Source: Pimelobacter simplex (GTDB taxonomy: Bacteria > Cyanobacteriota > Cyanobacteriia > PCC-6307 > Cyanobiaceae). From it: a stretch of DNA of 64,000 nt. Positions 35,528-44,956 of the stretch are shown here, one piece after another. How positions within the stretch are numbered: the stretch's first letter is position 1; every line of letters starts with the position of its first letter. The stretch is from assembly GCA_943361795.1 (NCBI GenBank), contig CALRIS020000012.1, forward strand, positions 21,077 through 85,076, written 5' to 3'. The notes under the pieces are model-generated. The model did not search any database, was not told where the DNA came from, and saw only the letters and a list, made by a program, of their open reading frames with translations. Made by a program: the position numbers and the translations under genes.

Positions 35528-38305
35528 GTGCATAGTCCCTGCTTGTTCCCCCTAGATCAGTCCCCCTGGCACAGCCTGAGTGCCGAGGATTGCCTGGCCA
35601 ACCTCCAGGTCAGCAACGATGGCTTAACCACGGCCCAGGCCTCAGAACGAAGGGAGCAGAGCGGCCCCAACCGCCTGGAGCTGGCGGCCGGGCGCAGCAG
35701 CCTGGCCATCCTCTGGGACCAATTCAGCAACGTGATGTTGTTGATGTTGCTGGCGGTGGCGGCGATCTCGGCGGCGATTGCCTTCAGCGCCCAGAAATTT
35801 CCTAAGGACGCGATCGCGATTGTGCTGATCGTGGGCCTCAACGCCCTGCTCGGTTACCTGCAGGAAAGCCAGGCCCAGAAAGCCCTGCTGGCCCTGCGCC
35901 AGATGGCCCAACCCCTGGTAACCCTGCGCCGGGATGGCCAGTGGCAGCGCCTAACCAGTGAGCAGCTGGTGCCCGGCGACCTGATCCGGCTCGAGGCCGG
36001 CGATCGGGTGCCCGCCGATGGCCGGCTGCTGGAGGGGGCCGACCTGGGCCTGCGGGAGGCGGCCCTCACGGGCGAAGCCGAGGCCGTGTTCAAGCGGGCC
36101 GAGCTGCTGCTCGATCCCGCCACCCCCGTGCTGGAGCGCCAAAACTGCCTGTTTCAAGGCACAGAAGTGGTGCGCGGTCGGGGCCTGGCGGTGGTCACCG
36201 CCACCGGCATGGCCACGGAGCTGGGTCAGATCGCCCAACTCATCAATACGGCCGGCGGCGAGGCCACCCCCCTGCAGAAACGGCTGGACGGCCTGGCCTC
36301 GGTGCTGGTGGGCTCGGCCCTGGGCCTGGTGGCCATCGTCATTGGGATTGGCTGGTTAATGGGCCAGCCCCTGCTCAACCTGCTGGAGGTGTCCCTGTCG
36401 ATGGCGGTGGCGATCGTGCCCGAAGGCCTGCCGGCAGTGATCACCGTGACCCTGGCAATCGGCACCCAGCGCATGGTGAAGCGCGCTGCCCTGATCCGGC
36501 GTCTGCCGGCAGTGGAGGCCCTGGGCTCGGTCACCGTGATCTGCTCCGACAAAACCGGCACCCTCACCCTGAACCGCCAGGTGGTTGAAGAGCTGCGCTG
36601 CGGCAGCCAGGCGATTGCCGTCAGCGGCCAGGGCTACGAACCCCATGGCGAATTCAGCGCCCGGGAGCTGGCGGCCCCGGCCGCCATCCCCGGCGGCATC
36701 GCCCCAGGAGCCCAGACCCTCTTGCTTCAAGCGGGAGTGCTCTGCAGCGACGCCGAACTCAAGCGGGAGGCCGATGGCAGCTACGGGATCCTCGGCGATC
36801 CCACCGAGGGGGCCCTGGTGGTGGCTGCCGCCAAGGCGGAGATCGACGACTTCAGCCTGCGGGCCGCCTACCCGCGCCAGGGGGAGATTCCCTTCAGCTC
36901 CGAACGACAATGGATGGCGGTGTGGGTGCAGGATTCCACCGGCCAGCTCCAGGCCCCCCTCGGCCCCCTGGCCGCCGGGTCACGCGTGTTGATGCTGAGC
37001 AAGGGCGCCCCTGAGGTGGTGCTCTCAAGCTGTGACCGTTGGCTGGCGGCCCCAGGTGTCAGCGCCCTGGGCGAGGAGCAGCGCAACTGGTGGCTGGAGC
37101 AGGCCCGTCAGCTGGCGGCCAGCGGCCTGCGAGTGCTGGCCTTTGCCTGCGCCCCCCACCATCTCGGCCCCGAACAGGAGGCGGACAAACTGGTGTTCCT
37201 GGGCTTGATGGCCCAGCTCGATCCAGCCCGGCCCGAGGTGGGTGCCTCGGTGGCCACCTGCCGCGGCGCCGGCATCCGCCCGGTGATGATCACGGGCGAC
37301 CATCCGCTCACGGCCCGGGCGATTGGGGCCAGCATTGGCCTCACCAATGAGGATGCCGAAGTGGTGCTCGGCCGCGAGCTGCAGGCTTACAACGACTCGG
37401 AACTGCAGGCGGTGGTAGCCCGCTGCAGCCTTTACGCCCGGGTCCCGCCCGACCAGAAACTACGCATCGTCAAAGCCCTGCAGGCCAATGGCGAGGTGGT
37501 GGCCATGACCGGCGATGGCGTCAATGACGCCCCCGCCCTCAAGCAGGCCCACATCGGCGTGGCCATGGGCATCACCGGCACGGAGGTGAGCAAGGAAGCG
37601 GCCGACATGGTGTTGCTAGATGATAATTTCGCCACGATTGTGAGCGCGGTCGAAGAAGGGCGATTGGTGTATGCCAACATCCGTCGCTTCGTGAAATACA
37701 TCCTCGGCAGCAATGTTGGTGAATTAATCACGATCGCGGCAGCGCCCCTGCTCGGCCTCACCGGAGTTCCCCTCACCCCCCTGCAGATTCTCTGGATGAA
37801 CCTGGTGACCGATGGGGTGCCGGCCCTGGCCCTAGCCCTGGAGCCCGGCGAAGACGGCCTGATGCAGAAGCCTCCGGCCCAACCGGGGGAATCGATTTTC
37901 GCCCGGGGCATCGGCCGCTACATCCTGCGCATTGGCCTGGTTTTTGGGGCGATCACGATTGCCCTGATGGCCTATTCCGCCCGCAGCGGCGGCCCCTGGC
38001 AGACGATGGTGTTCACCACCCTCTGCCTGGCCCAGATGGGCCATGCCCTGGCCGCCCGCAGCGACCGCCCCCTGGTGCAGGTGGCGCCCTTCTCCAACCC
38101 GGCCCTGCTGGCGGCTGTGGTGTTGACCTCAGCCCTGCAACTGGCCCTGCTCTACGTACCGGCGCTCTCGGGCTTCTTTGGCACCACCCCCTTAAGTCTG
38201 CAGGAGCTGGGAATTTGTGTGGGCGTCAGTGCCCTGTTCTTTGTCTACCTGGAGGCGGAAAAGGTGGTGCGGATCTGGCGCCGGCGGGGGGCTGCCCACG
38301 TCTGA
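35528..38305 (+). CDS. P2-type cation-transporting ATPase (PacL/SERCA-like, Ca2+ or Mn2+)
   Basis: ICSDKTGTLT phosphorylation motif, IVPEGLPAVITVTLA (TM4 PEGLP), MITGDHPLTA, and GDGVNDAPALKQA. GTG start. Confidence 0.9.
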   Translation: MHSPCLFPLDQSPWHSLSAEDCLANLQVSNDGLTTAQASERREQSGPNRLELAAGRSSLAILWDQFSNVMLLMLLAVAAISAAIAFSAQKFPKDAIAIVLIVGLNALLGYLQESQAQKALLALRQMAQPLVTLRRDGQWQRLTSEQLVPGDLIRLEAGDRVPADGRLLEGADLGLREAALTGEAEAVFKRAELLLDPATPVLERQNCLFQGTEVVRGRGLAVVTATGMATELGQIAQLINTAGGEATPLQKRLDGLASVLVGSALGLVAIVIGIGWLMGQPLLNLLEVSLSMAVAIVPEGLPAVITVTLAIGTQRMVKRAALIRRLPAVEALGSVTVICSDKTGTLTLNRQVVEELRCGSQAIAVSGQGYEPHGEFSARELAAPAAIPGGIAPGAQTLLLQAGVLCSDAELKREADGSYGILGDPTEGALVVAAAKAEIDDFSLRAAYPRQGEIPFSSERQWMAVWVQDSTGQLQAPLGPLAAGSRVLMLSKGAPEVVLSSCDRWLAAPGVSALGEEQRNWWLEQARQLAASGLRVLAFACAPHHLGPEQEADKLVFLGLMAQLDPARPEVGASVATCRGAGIRPVMITGDHPLTARAIGASIGLTNEDAEVVLGRELQAYNDSELQAVVARCSLYARVPPDQKLRIVKALQANGEVVAMTGDGVNDAPALKQAHIGVAMGITGTEVSKEAADMVLLDDNFATIVSAVEEGRLVYANIRRFVKYILGSNVGELITIAAAPLLGLTGVPLTPLQILWMNLVTDGVPALALALEPGEDGLMQKPPAQPGESIFARGIGRYILRIGLVFGAITIALMAYSARSGGPWQTMVFTTLCLAQMGHALAARSDRPLVQVAPFSNPALLAAVVLTSALQLALLYVPALSGFFGTTPLSLQELGICVGVSALFFVYLEAEKVVRIWRRRGAAHV

Positions 38306-38317
38306 TCTGGCCTGGGT

Positions 38318-39511
38318 TTGCTCGTCCCAGGGTGTGGGATCGGGCCCTGGGTACCCCCAGGCGATCCAGCGGCCGATCGCGAATCTGGGGTAGGCCTATG
38401 GCTGGCTTTGCTGACGATCCCTTTGTGGATACCGTTGCTGAACCTGGTCCCATTGCAAACTCGCCGGGTACTCACGGTGGTTGCGGGCGCGGTGATCACA
38501 ACCCTGCTGGCAGCCCTTGTGACCCGCCTAGGCGCCATGGCCCAGCCCAATGATCCCAGCCCTACTCCCCACCAAAGCCATTCCGATCACCACAGGCATG
38601 GCAACGGATCCAGCCATCCAGCGGTAGCGATCCAGCGGCAGCCCCATCCCCGCCAGCACCAGCACCGCAGCGGTTCGGCAACGGCCTTTCGCTGGAGTGT
38701 GATCCTCAACAGCGGCCTCTCGGCCCTCCAGCTGGTGATCGGCTTTGGCTTCGGCTCCCTGGCCCTCATCGGTGATGCGGTTCACAACCTGGGCGATGTG
38801 GCCGGATTGTTGCTCGGTTGGGGGGCGGAACGGTTAAGCAGGCGCGCCCCGAACGAACGGTTTACCTACGGATTCGGCCGCAGCACCCAGCTGGCCTCCC
38901 TGGCCAATGCGGTGTTGATCCTGATGGCCTCAGCCGTGGTGCTGATCGAAGGGATCAAGCGCCTTGGCGCCTCCAGCGAGGTGGTCAGCACACCGGTGGC
39001 CTGGGCCGCAGCCATCGGCATCGCCGTGAACCTGTTTTCGGCCCGCCTGTTTGGCCAGAACAACAGCCACGACCTCAACCGTCGGGCGGCGGTGATCCAC
39101 CTGCTCGGCGATGCGGCCGTATCTGGGGCGGTGTTGATCAGCGCCATTGTCGTGGGGCTGACCCACTGGTACTGGCTCGATGCCGCCACCGGCATCGCCG
39201 TGGGCCTGGCCGTGGCCTGGACCGGCTGGGGCCTGTTGCGCGATGCCATGCAGGTGGCCCTCGATGCCGTGCCGCCTGGCATTGAGATGACAACAGTGGA
39301 CCAGGCCCTACGGGACCTGCCCGGGGTGCTCGATGTCCACCACCTGCATGTTTGGGGCATGAGCACCTCCCAAATCGCCCTCACCGCCCACGTGGTGCGA
39401 CGGCCCCTAGGGGGTGGCGGCGATGACATGGACCTGCTGCACCAGGCCAAGCAGCGCCTAGCCGAACTGGGCATTGCCCACAGCACAATCCAACTGGAAC
39501 CACCCTCCTAA
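38318..39511 (+). CDS. Cation diffusion facilitator (CzcD/ZitB-like) with a His-rich N-terminal segment
   Basis: NSGLSALQLVIGFGFGSLALIGDAVHNLGD, HLLGDAAVS, and His-rich PHQSHSDHHRHGNGSSHP. An alternative start is ATG 38537. Confidence 0.85.
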   Translation: MLVPGCGIGPWVPPGDPAADRESGVGLWLALLTIPLWIPLLNLVPLQTRRVLTVVAGAVITTLLAALVTRLGAMAQPNDPSPTPHQSHSDHHRHGNGSSHPAVAIQRQPHPRQHQHRSGSATAFRWSVILNSGLSALQLVIGFGFGSLALIGDAVHNLGDVAGLLLGWGAERLSRRAPNERFTYGFGRSTQLASLANAVLILMASAVVLIEGIKRLGASSEVVSTPVAWAAAIGIAVNLFSARLFGQNNSHDLNRRAAVIHLLGDAAVSGAVLISAIVVGLTHWYWLDAATGIAVGLAVAWTGWGLLRDAMQVALDAVPPGIEMTTVDQALRDLPGVLDVHHLHVWGMSTSQIALTAHVVRRPLGGGGDDMDLLHQAKQRLAELGIAHSTIQLEPPS

Positions 39512-39569
39512 GGCTTGGAATCGGCAGGCCACGGTTTTGGGGCCCAGGATGGGGCCAGCTCTGGAGTGA

Positions 39570-39995
39570 GTGATGGCCAACCTGGATCCACGCCCCATCG
39601 ACACGTCCAGCCGGCGGCGACTAGGCCTGGGCTCCCTCTCCAGCCCAGGCGGAACCGGACGGGGCGCCACGCCCCTGGCTCTGTGGGGGCTGGCGCTGGT
39701 GGTGGGGCTAGCCGGCTGCGCCGATCCCAATGCCTGGAAGCGCACCGCCTGCGAACAGGCCCAAGCCCAGCTGGGCCAGGCAACCGTGCAACAGATCGAG
39801 CTGTTGCGCAAAGCCCTGGGGCTGGCCCCCGAGGTGGATCCGGTGGCCTATTGCCGCTCGATTGGCGCCGCCATGGGCAGCCCAGCCCCTACCCCGGCTG
39901 AGGCGCAAAACCCCAGCCCAGCCCCGAACGCCAGGCCGACCACCTCGCCCACGGGCCGGCCCCTCTCCGCCGCCGAGCAGGCCCCGGGCCGCTGA
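39570..39995 (+). CDS. Putative lipoprotein (possible Tat signal + lipobox)
   Basis: TSSRRRLGLGSL ... LALVVGLAGC (lipobox LAGC), with a Pro/Ala-rich C-terminus. Confidence 0.45.
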   Translation: MMANLDPRPIDTSSRRRLGLGSLSSPGGTGRGATPLALWGLALVVGLAGCADPNAWKRTACEQAQAQLGQATVQQIELLRKALGLAPEVDPVAYCRSIGAAMGSPAPTPAEAQNPSPAPNARPTTSPTGRPLSAAEQAPGR

Positions 39996-40170
39996 ACCTG
40001 GCTCAACTTGTCCTGGGGCGATTGAGGCCCAAGGCGGCCCGAGACCTAGTCTTAAAATCCATTATTGAAGGCGGATCTGCCTGATAGGGATGGTCCGGGC
40101 TATGGATCCACTGGGGTCTCTGAAGCAACCGTGACGACAAGTCGACCGCTTTCAGGCCAGGGATGCAGCC

Positions 40171-40827
40171 ATGACCTTTGCCCTAATCACTAGTGATCCA
40201 GGCCTGGCGGCCTTTGGATCGAGTCTCACGGCCATCTCCCTGGCCGAACTGGGCGACAAGACCTTCTTTATGGCCCTGATCCTGGCGGCCCGCCACCGGC
40301 CCCGCTGGGTGTTCATCGGCGCCTTTGCCGCCCTGGCCGTGGTCACCCTGATCTCCCTGGGCCTGGGCTACGGCCTAAGGGAGCTGGTACCGGCTGGCCT
40401 GGTGACCTGGCTGGCCGCCGCCCTGTTCCTGGGCTTCGGCCTCAAGCTGCTGATCGACGCCCAGGCGATGGGGGCCCATGCAGCCCAAGAGGAAGCCGAT
40501 GACGCCGAAGCCGCAGTGAACGCGGCTGAAGTCGGCCATCCGATTGCCACAGCCTGGGACGTGATCTGGGAGGCCTTCGCCCTGGTCTTTATCGCCGAAC
40601 TGGGCGATCGCACCCAGTTCGCCACAATTTTTTTAGCCACCGCCCCCGCCTTCAGCTTTGCTGGACTCCTGGCCGGCAGCCTGGTGGGCCACGGCCTGGT
40701 CACCTGGCTGGCCGTGGGGGCCGGCCAATGGATCGGCGGCCGCATCAGTGAACGGATGCTCTATCGCCTCAGCGCCGGCCTGTTCCTGCTGTTTGGCCTG
40801 GCCTCCCTGCGGCAGGCCCTGGGCTGA
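40171..40827 (+). CDS. GDT1/UPF0016 (TMEM165, Mnx/PAM71-like) cation transporter
   Basis: Two signature motifs, ELGDKTFF and ELGDRTQF, in a six-helix duplicated architecture. Confidence 0.85.
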   Translation: MTFALITSDPGLAAFGSSLTAISLAELGDKTFFMALILAARHRPRWVFIGAFAALAVVTLISLGLGYGLRELVPAGLVTWLAAALFLGFGLKLLIDAQAMGAHAAQEEADDAEAAVNAAEVGHPIATAWDVIWEAFALVFIAELGDRTQFATIFLATAPAFSFAGLLAGSLVGHGLVTWLAVGAGQWIGGRISERMLYRLSAGLFLLFGLASLRQALG

Positions 40828-40904
40828 GGGGATTCTCTCTCGGAACCAGCGCTTCCGCCGTCCTGCTTGCGAGGATCAACGCCCCCCTTGCCCCAGCCCC
40901 GCCG

Positions 40905-43900
40905 ATGCCGCTCACCGCCCTGGTTCGCCAGCTCCAGCAGGTGACCCTCACCGGTGAAGTGCTGGAGCGCAGCAAGCGGACCGAGCGGCTGCGGCTCAGT
41001 GGGGCCGGCCGGGCGGCCCGGGCCCTAGTGAGCAGTGCCCTGGCCTCGGCCGCAGGAGCCCCCCTGCTGGTGGTGGTACCAACCCTGGAGGAGGCGGGCC
41101 GCTGGGCCTCGTTGCTGGAGCTCATGGGCTGGAGCAGCAGCCTGCTGTACCCCACAAGCGAAGGCTCTCCCTACGAACCCTTCGATCCCACCAGCGAAAT
41201 CACCTGGGGCCAATTACAGGTGCTCAGCGAGCTGCTGGATGGCGGCTCCAGCCGCCTGGCGATCGTGGCCACCGAGCGGGCCCTGCAACCCCACCTGCCG
41301 CCGCCAGCGGCCCTCAAGGCCCATTGCCACAGCCTGCGCAAGGGCGACAGTGTCAACCTGGAGGCCCTCGGCCAGACCCTCAGCCGCCTGGGCTATGAGC
41401 GGGTCGCCTCGATCGAGCAGGAGGGCAGCTGGAGCCGCCGCGGCGACATCGTTGATGTCTTTCCGGTGAGCGCTGAGCTGCCGGTGCGGCTGGAATTTTT
41501 TGGTGAGGAGCTCGAAAAGCTGCGGGAATTTGACCCCGCCAGCCAGCGCTCCCTCGATGTGATCGAGGTGGTGCGGCTTACCCCCACCGGCCATGGCCCG
41601 TTGATTGCCGATGCCCTGCGCGAGTCGATGCCGGCCGGGCTGGAGCAGCTGCTTAGCCCCGAGGCCCTCGATCAGTTGCTGGAGGGGGGCACCCCGGAGG
41701 GAATGCGGCGCCTGCTGGGCCTGGCCTACGGCCAGCCGGCCTCCCTGCTCGATTACCTGCCCGCCAGCACCCTGGTCGCCATCGATGAACGGCGCCATTG
41801 CCTGGCCCATGGCCAGCAGTGGTTTGACCATGCCAGCGCCCACTACAACGATGTGATCGCAGAGCTAGGGATCCCAGAGCTAGGGATCGCAGACCAAGAC
41901 GCCGATCCCCCTGGGAGCGTGCCAAAGGCCAACCTCCTGCCGGCGGGCCTGCACCTGCCCGCGCGCGAGGCCCTGGAGCAGGTCGAAAGCTTTGCCGGCT
42001 TCGACCTGGCCGAACTGAACGAAACCGACAACAACCCCAACAGCTTTGACCTGGCCAGTCGCTCGGTGCCGGCCTATCCCAATGCCTTTGGCAAGTTGGC
42101 AGCCCTGGTGCGCGGCTTCCAAGCGGAGAAGGCACGGGTGTGGCTGCTCTCGGCCCAACCGTCCCGGGCGGTAGCCCTCCTGGAGGAACACGACTGCATC
42201 AGCCGGTTTGTGCCCAATCCTGGCGATTTCGCCACGATCAACCGGCTGATCGAGCAAAACACCCCCGTGGCCCTCAAGACCCGGGGCACGGCCGAACTCG
42301 AAGGCCTGCAACTGCCCGCCTGGAAGCTGGTTTTAATTACCGACCGGGAATTCTTTGGCCAGCAGTCCTTAACGGCCACGGGCTATGTGCGCCGGCGCCG
42401 CAAGGCGGCCAGCCGCACGGTGGATCCCGGCAAGATGCAGCCCGGCGATTTTGTCGTGCACCGCAACCACGGCATCGGCCGCTTCCTCAAGCTGGAAAAA
42501 CTGGCGATCAGCGGCGAATCCCGCGATTACCTCGTAGTGCAGTACGCCGATGGCCTGCTGAGGGTGGCCGCCGACCAGCTCGGCAGCCTCGGCCGCTACC
42601 GGGCCAGCAGCGATGCGCCCCCCGAACTCAACCGCATGGGCGGCACGGCTTGGGGCAAGGCGAAGGAGCGGGCCCAGAAGGCGGTGCGCAAGGTCGCCCT
42701 CGACCTGGTCAAGCTCTACGCCGAGCGGCACCAGGCCCCGGGCTTTGCCTTCCCCGCCGATGGCCCCTGGCAAAACGAACTCGAAGACTCCTTTCCCTAC
42801 GAACCCACCCCCGACCAGCTCAAGGCGATCACCGATGTCAAGCGGGACATGGAGCGCTGCCAGCCGATGGACCGCCTGGTGTGCGGCGATGTGGGCTTTG
42901 GCAAAACAGAAGTGGCGATCCGGGCCATCTTCAAGGCGGTAACCGCCGGCAAGCAGGTGGCCCTGCTCGCCCCCACCACGGTGCTCGCCCAGCAACATTG
43001 GCGCACCCTTAGCGAACGCTTCGCCCCCTATCCGCTCAAGGTGGCCCTGCTCAACCGCTTCCGCACCACGCTGGAACGCAAAACGATCCTGGCGGGCCTG
43101 GAAGAAGGCAACGTCGATGTGGTCGTGGGCACCCACCAGCTGCTCAGCAAGGGCACCAACTTCAAGCAACTTGGATTGCTAGTGGTGGATGAAGAACAGC
43201 GCTTTGGCGTTAATCAGAAGGAAAAGATCAAGGCCTTGCGTAAGGACGTGGACGTGCTGACCCTTTCGGCCACACCAATCCCTCGCACCCTCTACATGAG
43301 CCTCTCTGGGGTGCGCGAAATGAGCCTGATCACCACGCCGCCGCCCCTGCGGCGGCCGATCAAAACCCACCTGGCCGCCCTCGATGAGGAGGCGGTGCGC
43401 AGCGCCATCCGCCAGGAACTCGATCGCGGCGGCCAGATTTTCTATGTGGTGCCGCGGGTGGAGGGCATCGAGGATGTGGCCGCCCAACTGCGCCAGATGT
43501 TGCCCGGCCTGCGCCTGCTGGTGGCCCACGGCCAGATGGCCGAAGGGGAACTGGAAAGCGCCATGGTGGCCTTCAATGCCGGCGAAGCCGACCTGATGCT
43601 CTGCACCACGATCGTGGAGAGCGGCCTCGATATTCCTCGGGTGAACACCATCTTGATCGAGGACGCCCACAAATTTGGCCTAGCCCAGCTCTATCAATTG
43701 CGCGGCCGGGTGGGCCGCAGCGGCATCCAGGCCCACGCCTGGCTCTTCTATCCGGGTAATGCCTCCCTCTCGGAAGCGGCCCGCCAGCGGCTCCGCGCCA
43801 TCCAGGAATTTGCCCAGCTGGGGTCCGGCTACCAGCTGGCCATGCGCGACATGGAAATCCGCGGCGTGGGCAACTTACTTGGGGTGGAGCAGAGCGGCCA

Positions 43901-44519
43901 AACGGAAACAATCGGCTTCGATCTCTACATGGAGATGCTGCAGGAATCCCTCGCCGAAATCCAGGGACAGGACATCCCCGCCGTTGAGGACACCCAGATC
44001 GACCTACCAATCACCGCCTTCATCCCAGGCGATTGGATCACCGAAAATGACGAGAAGATCGCCGCCTACCGGGCCGCAGCCGGGTGCGACAGCATGGACA
44101 ATCTGGTGGAACTCGCCGCCGGCTGGGTGGATCGCTACGGCGCCATCCCCGCCCCGGTGCAAAGCCTGCTGCAATTGATGCAGCTGAAGTTGTTGGCCAA
44201 GCGCTGCGGCTTCTCCCGGATCAAACCAGATAAACCGAATATTGCCCTGGAAACGCCGATGGAGGAGCCGGCCTTCCGCCTGCTGCGCCAAGCCCTGCCC
44301 CAGCACCTGCACGGACGCCTCGTTTATCAAGGCGGCCCGGGCAGCACGGCCAAGGTGTTGGCCCGGGGCCTCGGGGTGTTGCCCATCGAGAAGCAACTGG
44401 AACAACTGATGGAGTGGCTCAAGCTGATGGCCGACCAGCTGCCCGGCAGCGATGGCCTCAGCGACCAGCAACGGCGCCACCAACTCGAAGCCCGCAATGA
44501 CGAGGTTTTGCGTGTTTGA
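40905..44519 (+). CDS. mfd: Transcription-repair coupling factor
   Basis: GDVGFGKTEVAIRA, VVDEEQRFG, CarD-like FVVHRNHGIGRF, and 1204 aa. Confidence 0.95.
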   Translation: MPLTALVRQLQQVTLTGEVLERSKRTERLRLSGAGRAARALVSSALASAAGAPLLVVVPTLEEAGRWASLLELMGWSSSLLYPTSEGSPYEPFDPTSEITWGQLQVLSELLDGGSSRLAIVATERALQPHLPPPAALKAHCHSLRKGDSVNLEALGQTLSRLGYERVASIEQEGSWSRRGDIVDVFPVSAELPVRLEFFGEELEKLREFDPASQRSLDVIEVVRLTPTGHGPLIADALRESMPAGLEQLLSPEALDQLLEGGTPEGMRRLLGLAYGQPASLLDYLPASTLVAIDERRHCLAHGQQWFDHASAHYNDVIAELGIPELGIADQDADPPGSVPKANLLPAGLHLPAREALEQVESFAGFDLAELNETDNNPNSFDLASRSVPAYPNAFGKLAALVRGFQAEKARVWLLSAQPSRAVALLEEHDCISRFVPNPGDFATINRLIEQNTPVALKTRGTAELEGLQLPAWKLVLITDREFFGQQSLTATGYVRRRRKAASRTVDPGKMQPGDFVVHRNHGIGRFLKLEKLAISGESRDYLVVQYADGLLRVAADQLGSLGRYRASSDAPPELNRMGGTAWGKAKERAQKAVRKVALDLVKLYAERHQAPGFAFPADGPWQNELEDSFPYEPTPDQLKAITDVKRDMERCQPMDRLVCGDVGFGKTEVAIRAIFKAVTAGKQVALLAPTTVLAQQHWRTLSERFAPYPLKVALLNRFRTTLERKTILAGLEEGNVDVVVGTHQLLSKGTNFKQLGLLVVDEEQRFGVNQKEKIKALRKDVDVLTLSATPIPRTLYMSLSGVREMSLITTPPPLRRPIKTHLAALDEEAVRSAIRQELDRGGQIFYVVPRVEGIEDVAAQLRQMLPGLRLLVAHGQMAEGELESAMVAFNAGEADLMLCTTIVESGLDIPRVNTILIEDAHKFGLAQLYQLRGRVGRSGIQAHAWLFYPGNASLSEAARQRLRAIQEFAQLGSGYQLAMRDMEIRGVGNLLGVEQSGQTETIGFDLYMEMLQESLAEIQGQDIPAVEDTQIDLPITAFIPGDWITENDEKIAAYRAAAGCDSMDNLVELAAGWVDRYGAIPAPVQSLLQLMQLKLLAKRCGFSRIKPDKPNIALETPMEEPAFRLLRQALPQHLHGRLVYQGGPGSTAKVLARGLGVLPIEKQLEQLMEWLKLMADQLPGSDGLSDQQRRHQLEARNDEVLRV

Positions 44520-44645
44520 AAGCCAGCCCAACGGCCGACCCAGCGCAGGGGGCGCCCTCCAGCCCGGCCGGAAGCGGGGGCCTAGGCCCTCTCAGGGCGC
44601 GCAATTCTTCGTTACAATCTGGACATCTTTCGTTACCGCAGCGCC

Positions 44646-44813
44646 GTGGGTGAGCTGATCGAGCAAGGGGCCGCAAGCGGTGGCTTCAGCCTTCTCTCTG
44701 GCCTGGTGTGCCTGGTCGCCCTCGGCCTCTACGGCCTGATGGGACGCGACCAGGAAAACAACGACGACGACGACTCCAGTCCCGGCGGTGGGCTGATGCA
44801 GCCAGTGGCCTAA
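44646..44813 (+). CDS. Candidate 55-aa single-TM protein with an acidic tail
   Basis: GTG-initiated VGELIEQGAASGGFSLLSGLVCLVALGLYGLMGRDQENNDDDDSSPGGGLMQPVA. Third codon positions are predominantly G/C. TACAAT lies at 44613-44618 upstream. It competes with the listed antisense ORF 44592..44843. Confidence 0.35.
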   Translation: MGELIEQGAASGGFSLLSGLVCLVALGLYGLMGRDQENNDDDDSSPGGGLMQPVA

Positions 44814-44956
44814 ACCGGCCAAACGAACCGGCCACTCCGTCAAGCTTCAACCATCAAACACCTGTCTTCGACGAAAGATCGAGGATCGATTTACCCGTAG
44901 TTCCGACTCGTGCGCACCACGAAGGCAGCAGCTTGCCTATCGCCAGCGCCCAAGGC

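Noticed and set aside
44592-44843. Listed 83-aa minus-strand ORF
   Set aside because: The product has no features. It overlaps a + strand frame with better codon bias and a clear TM helix. Neither is proven.
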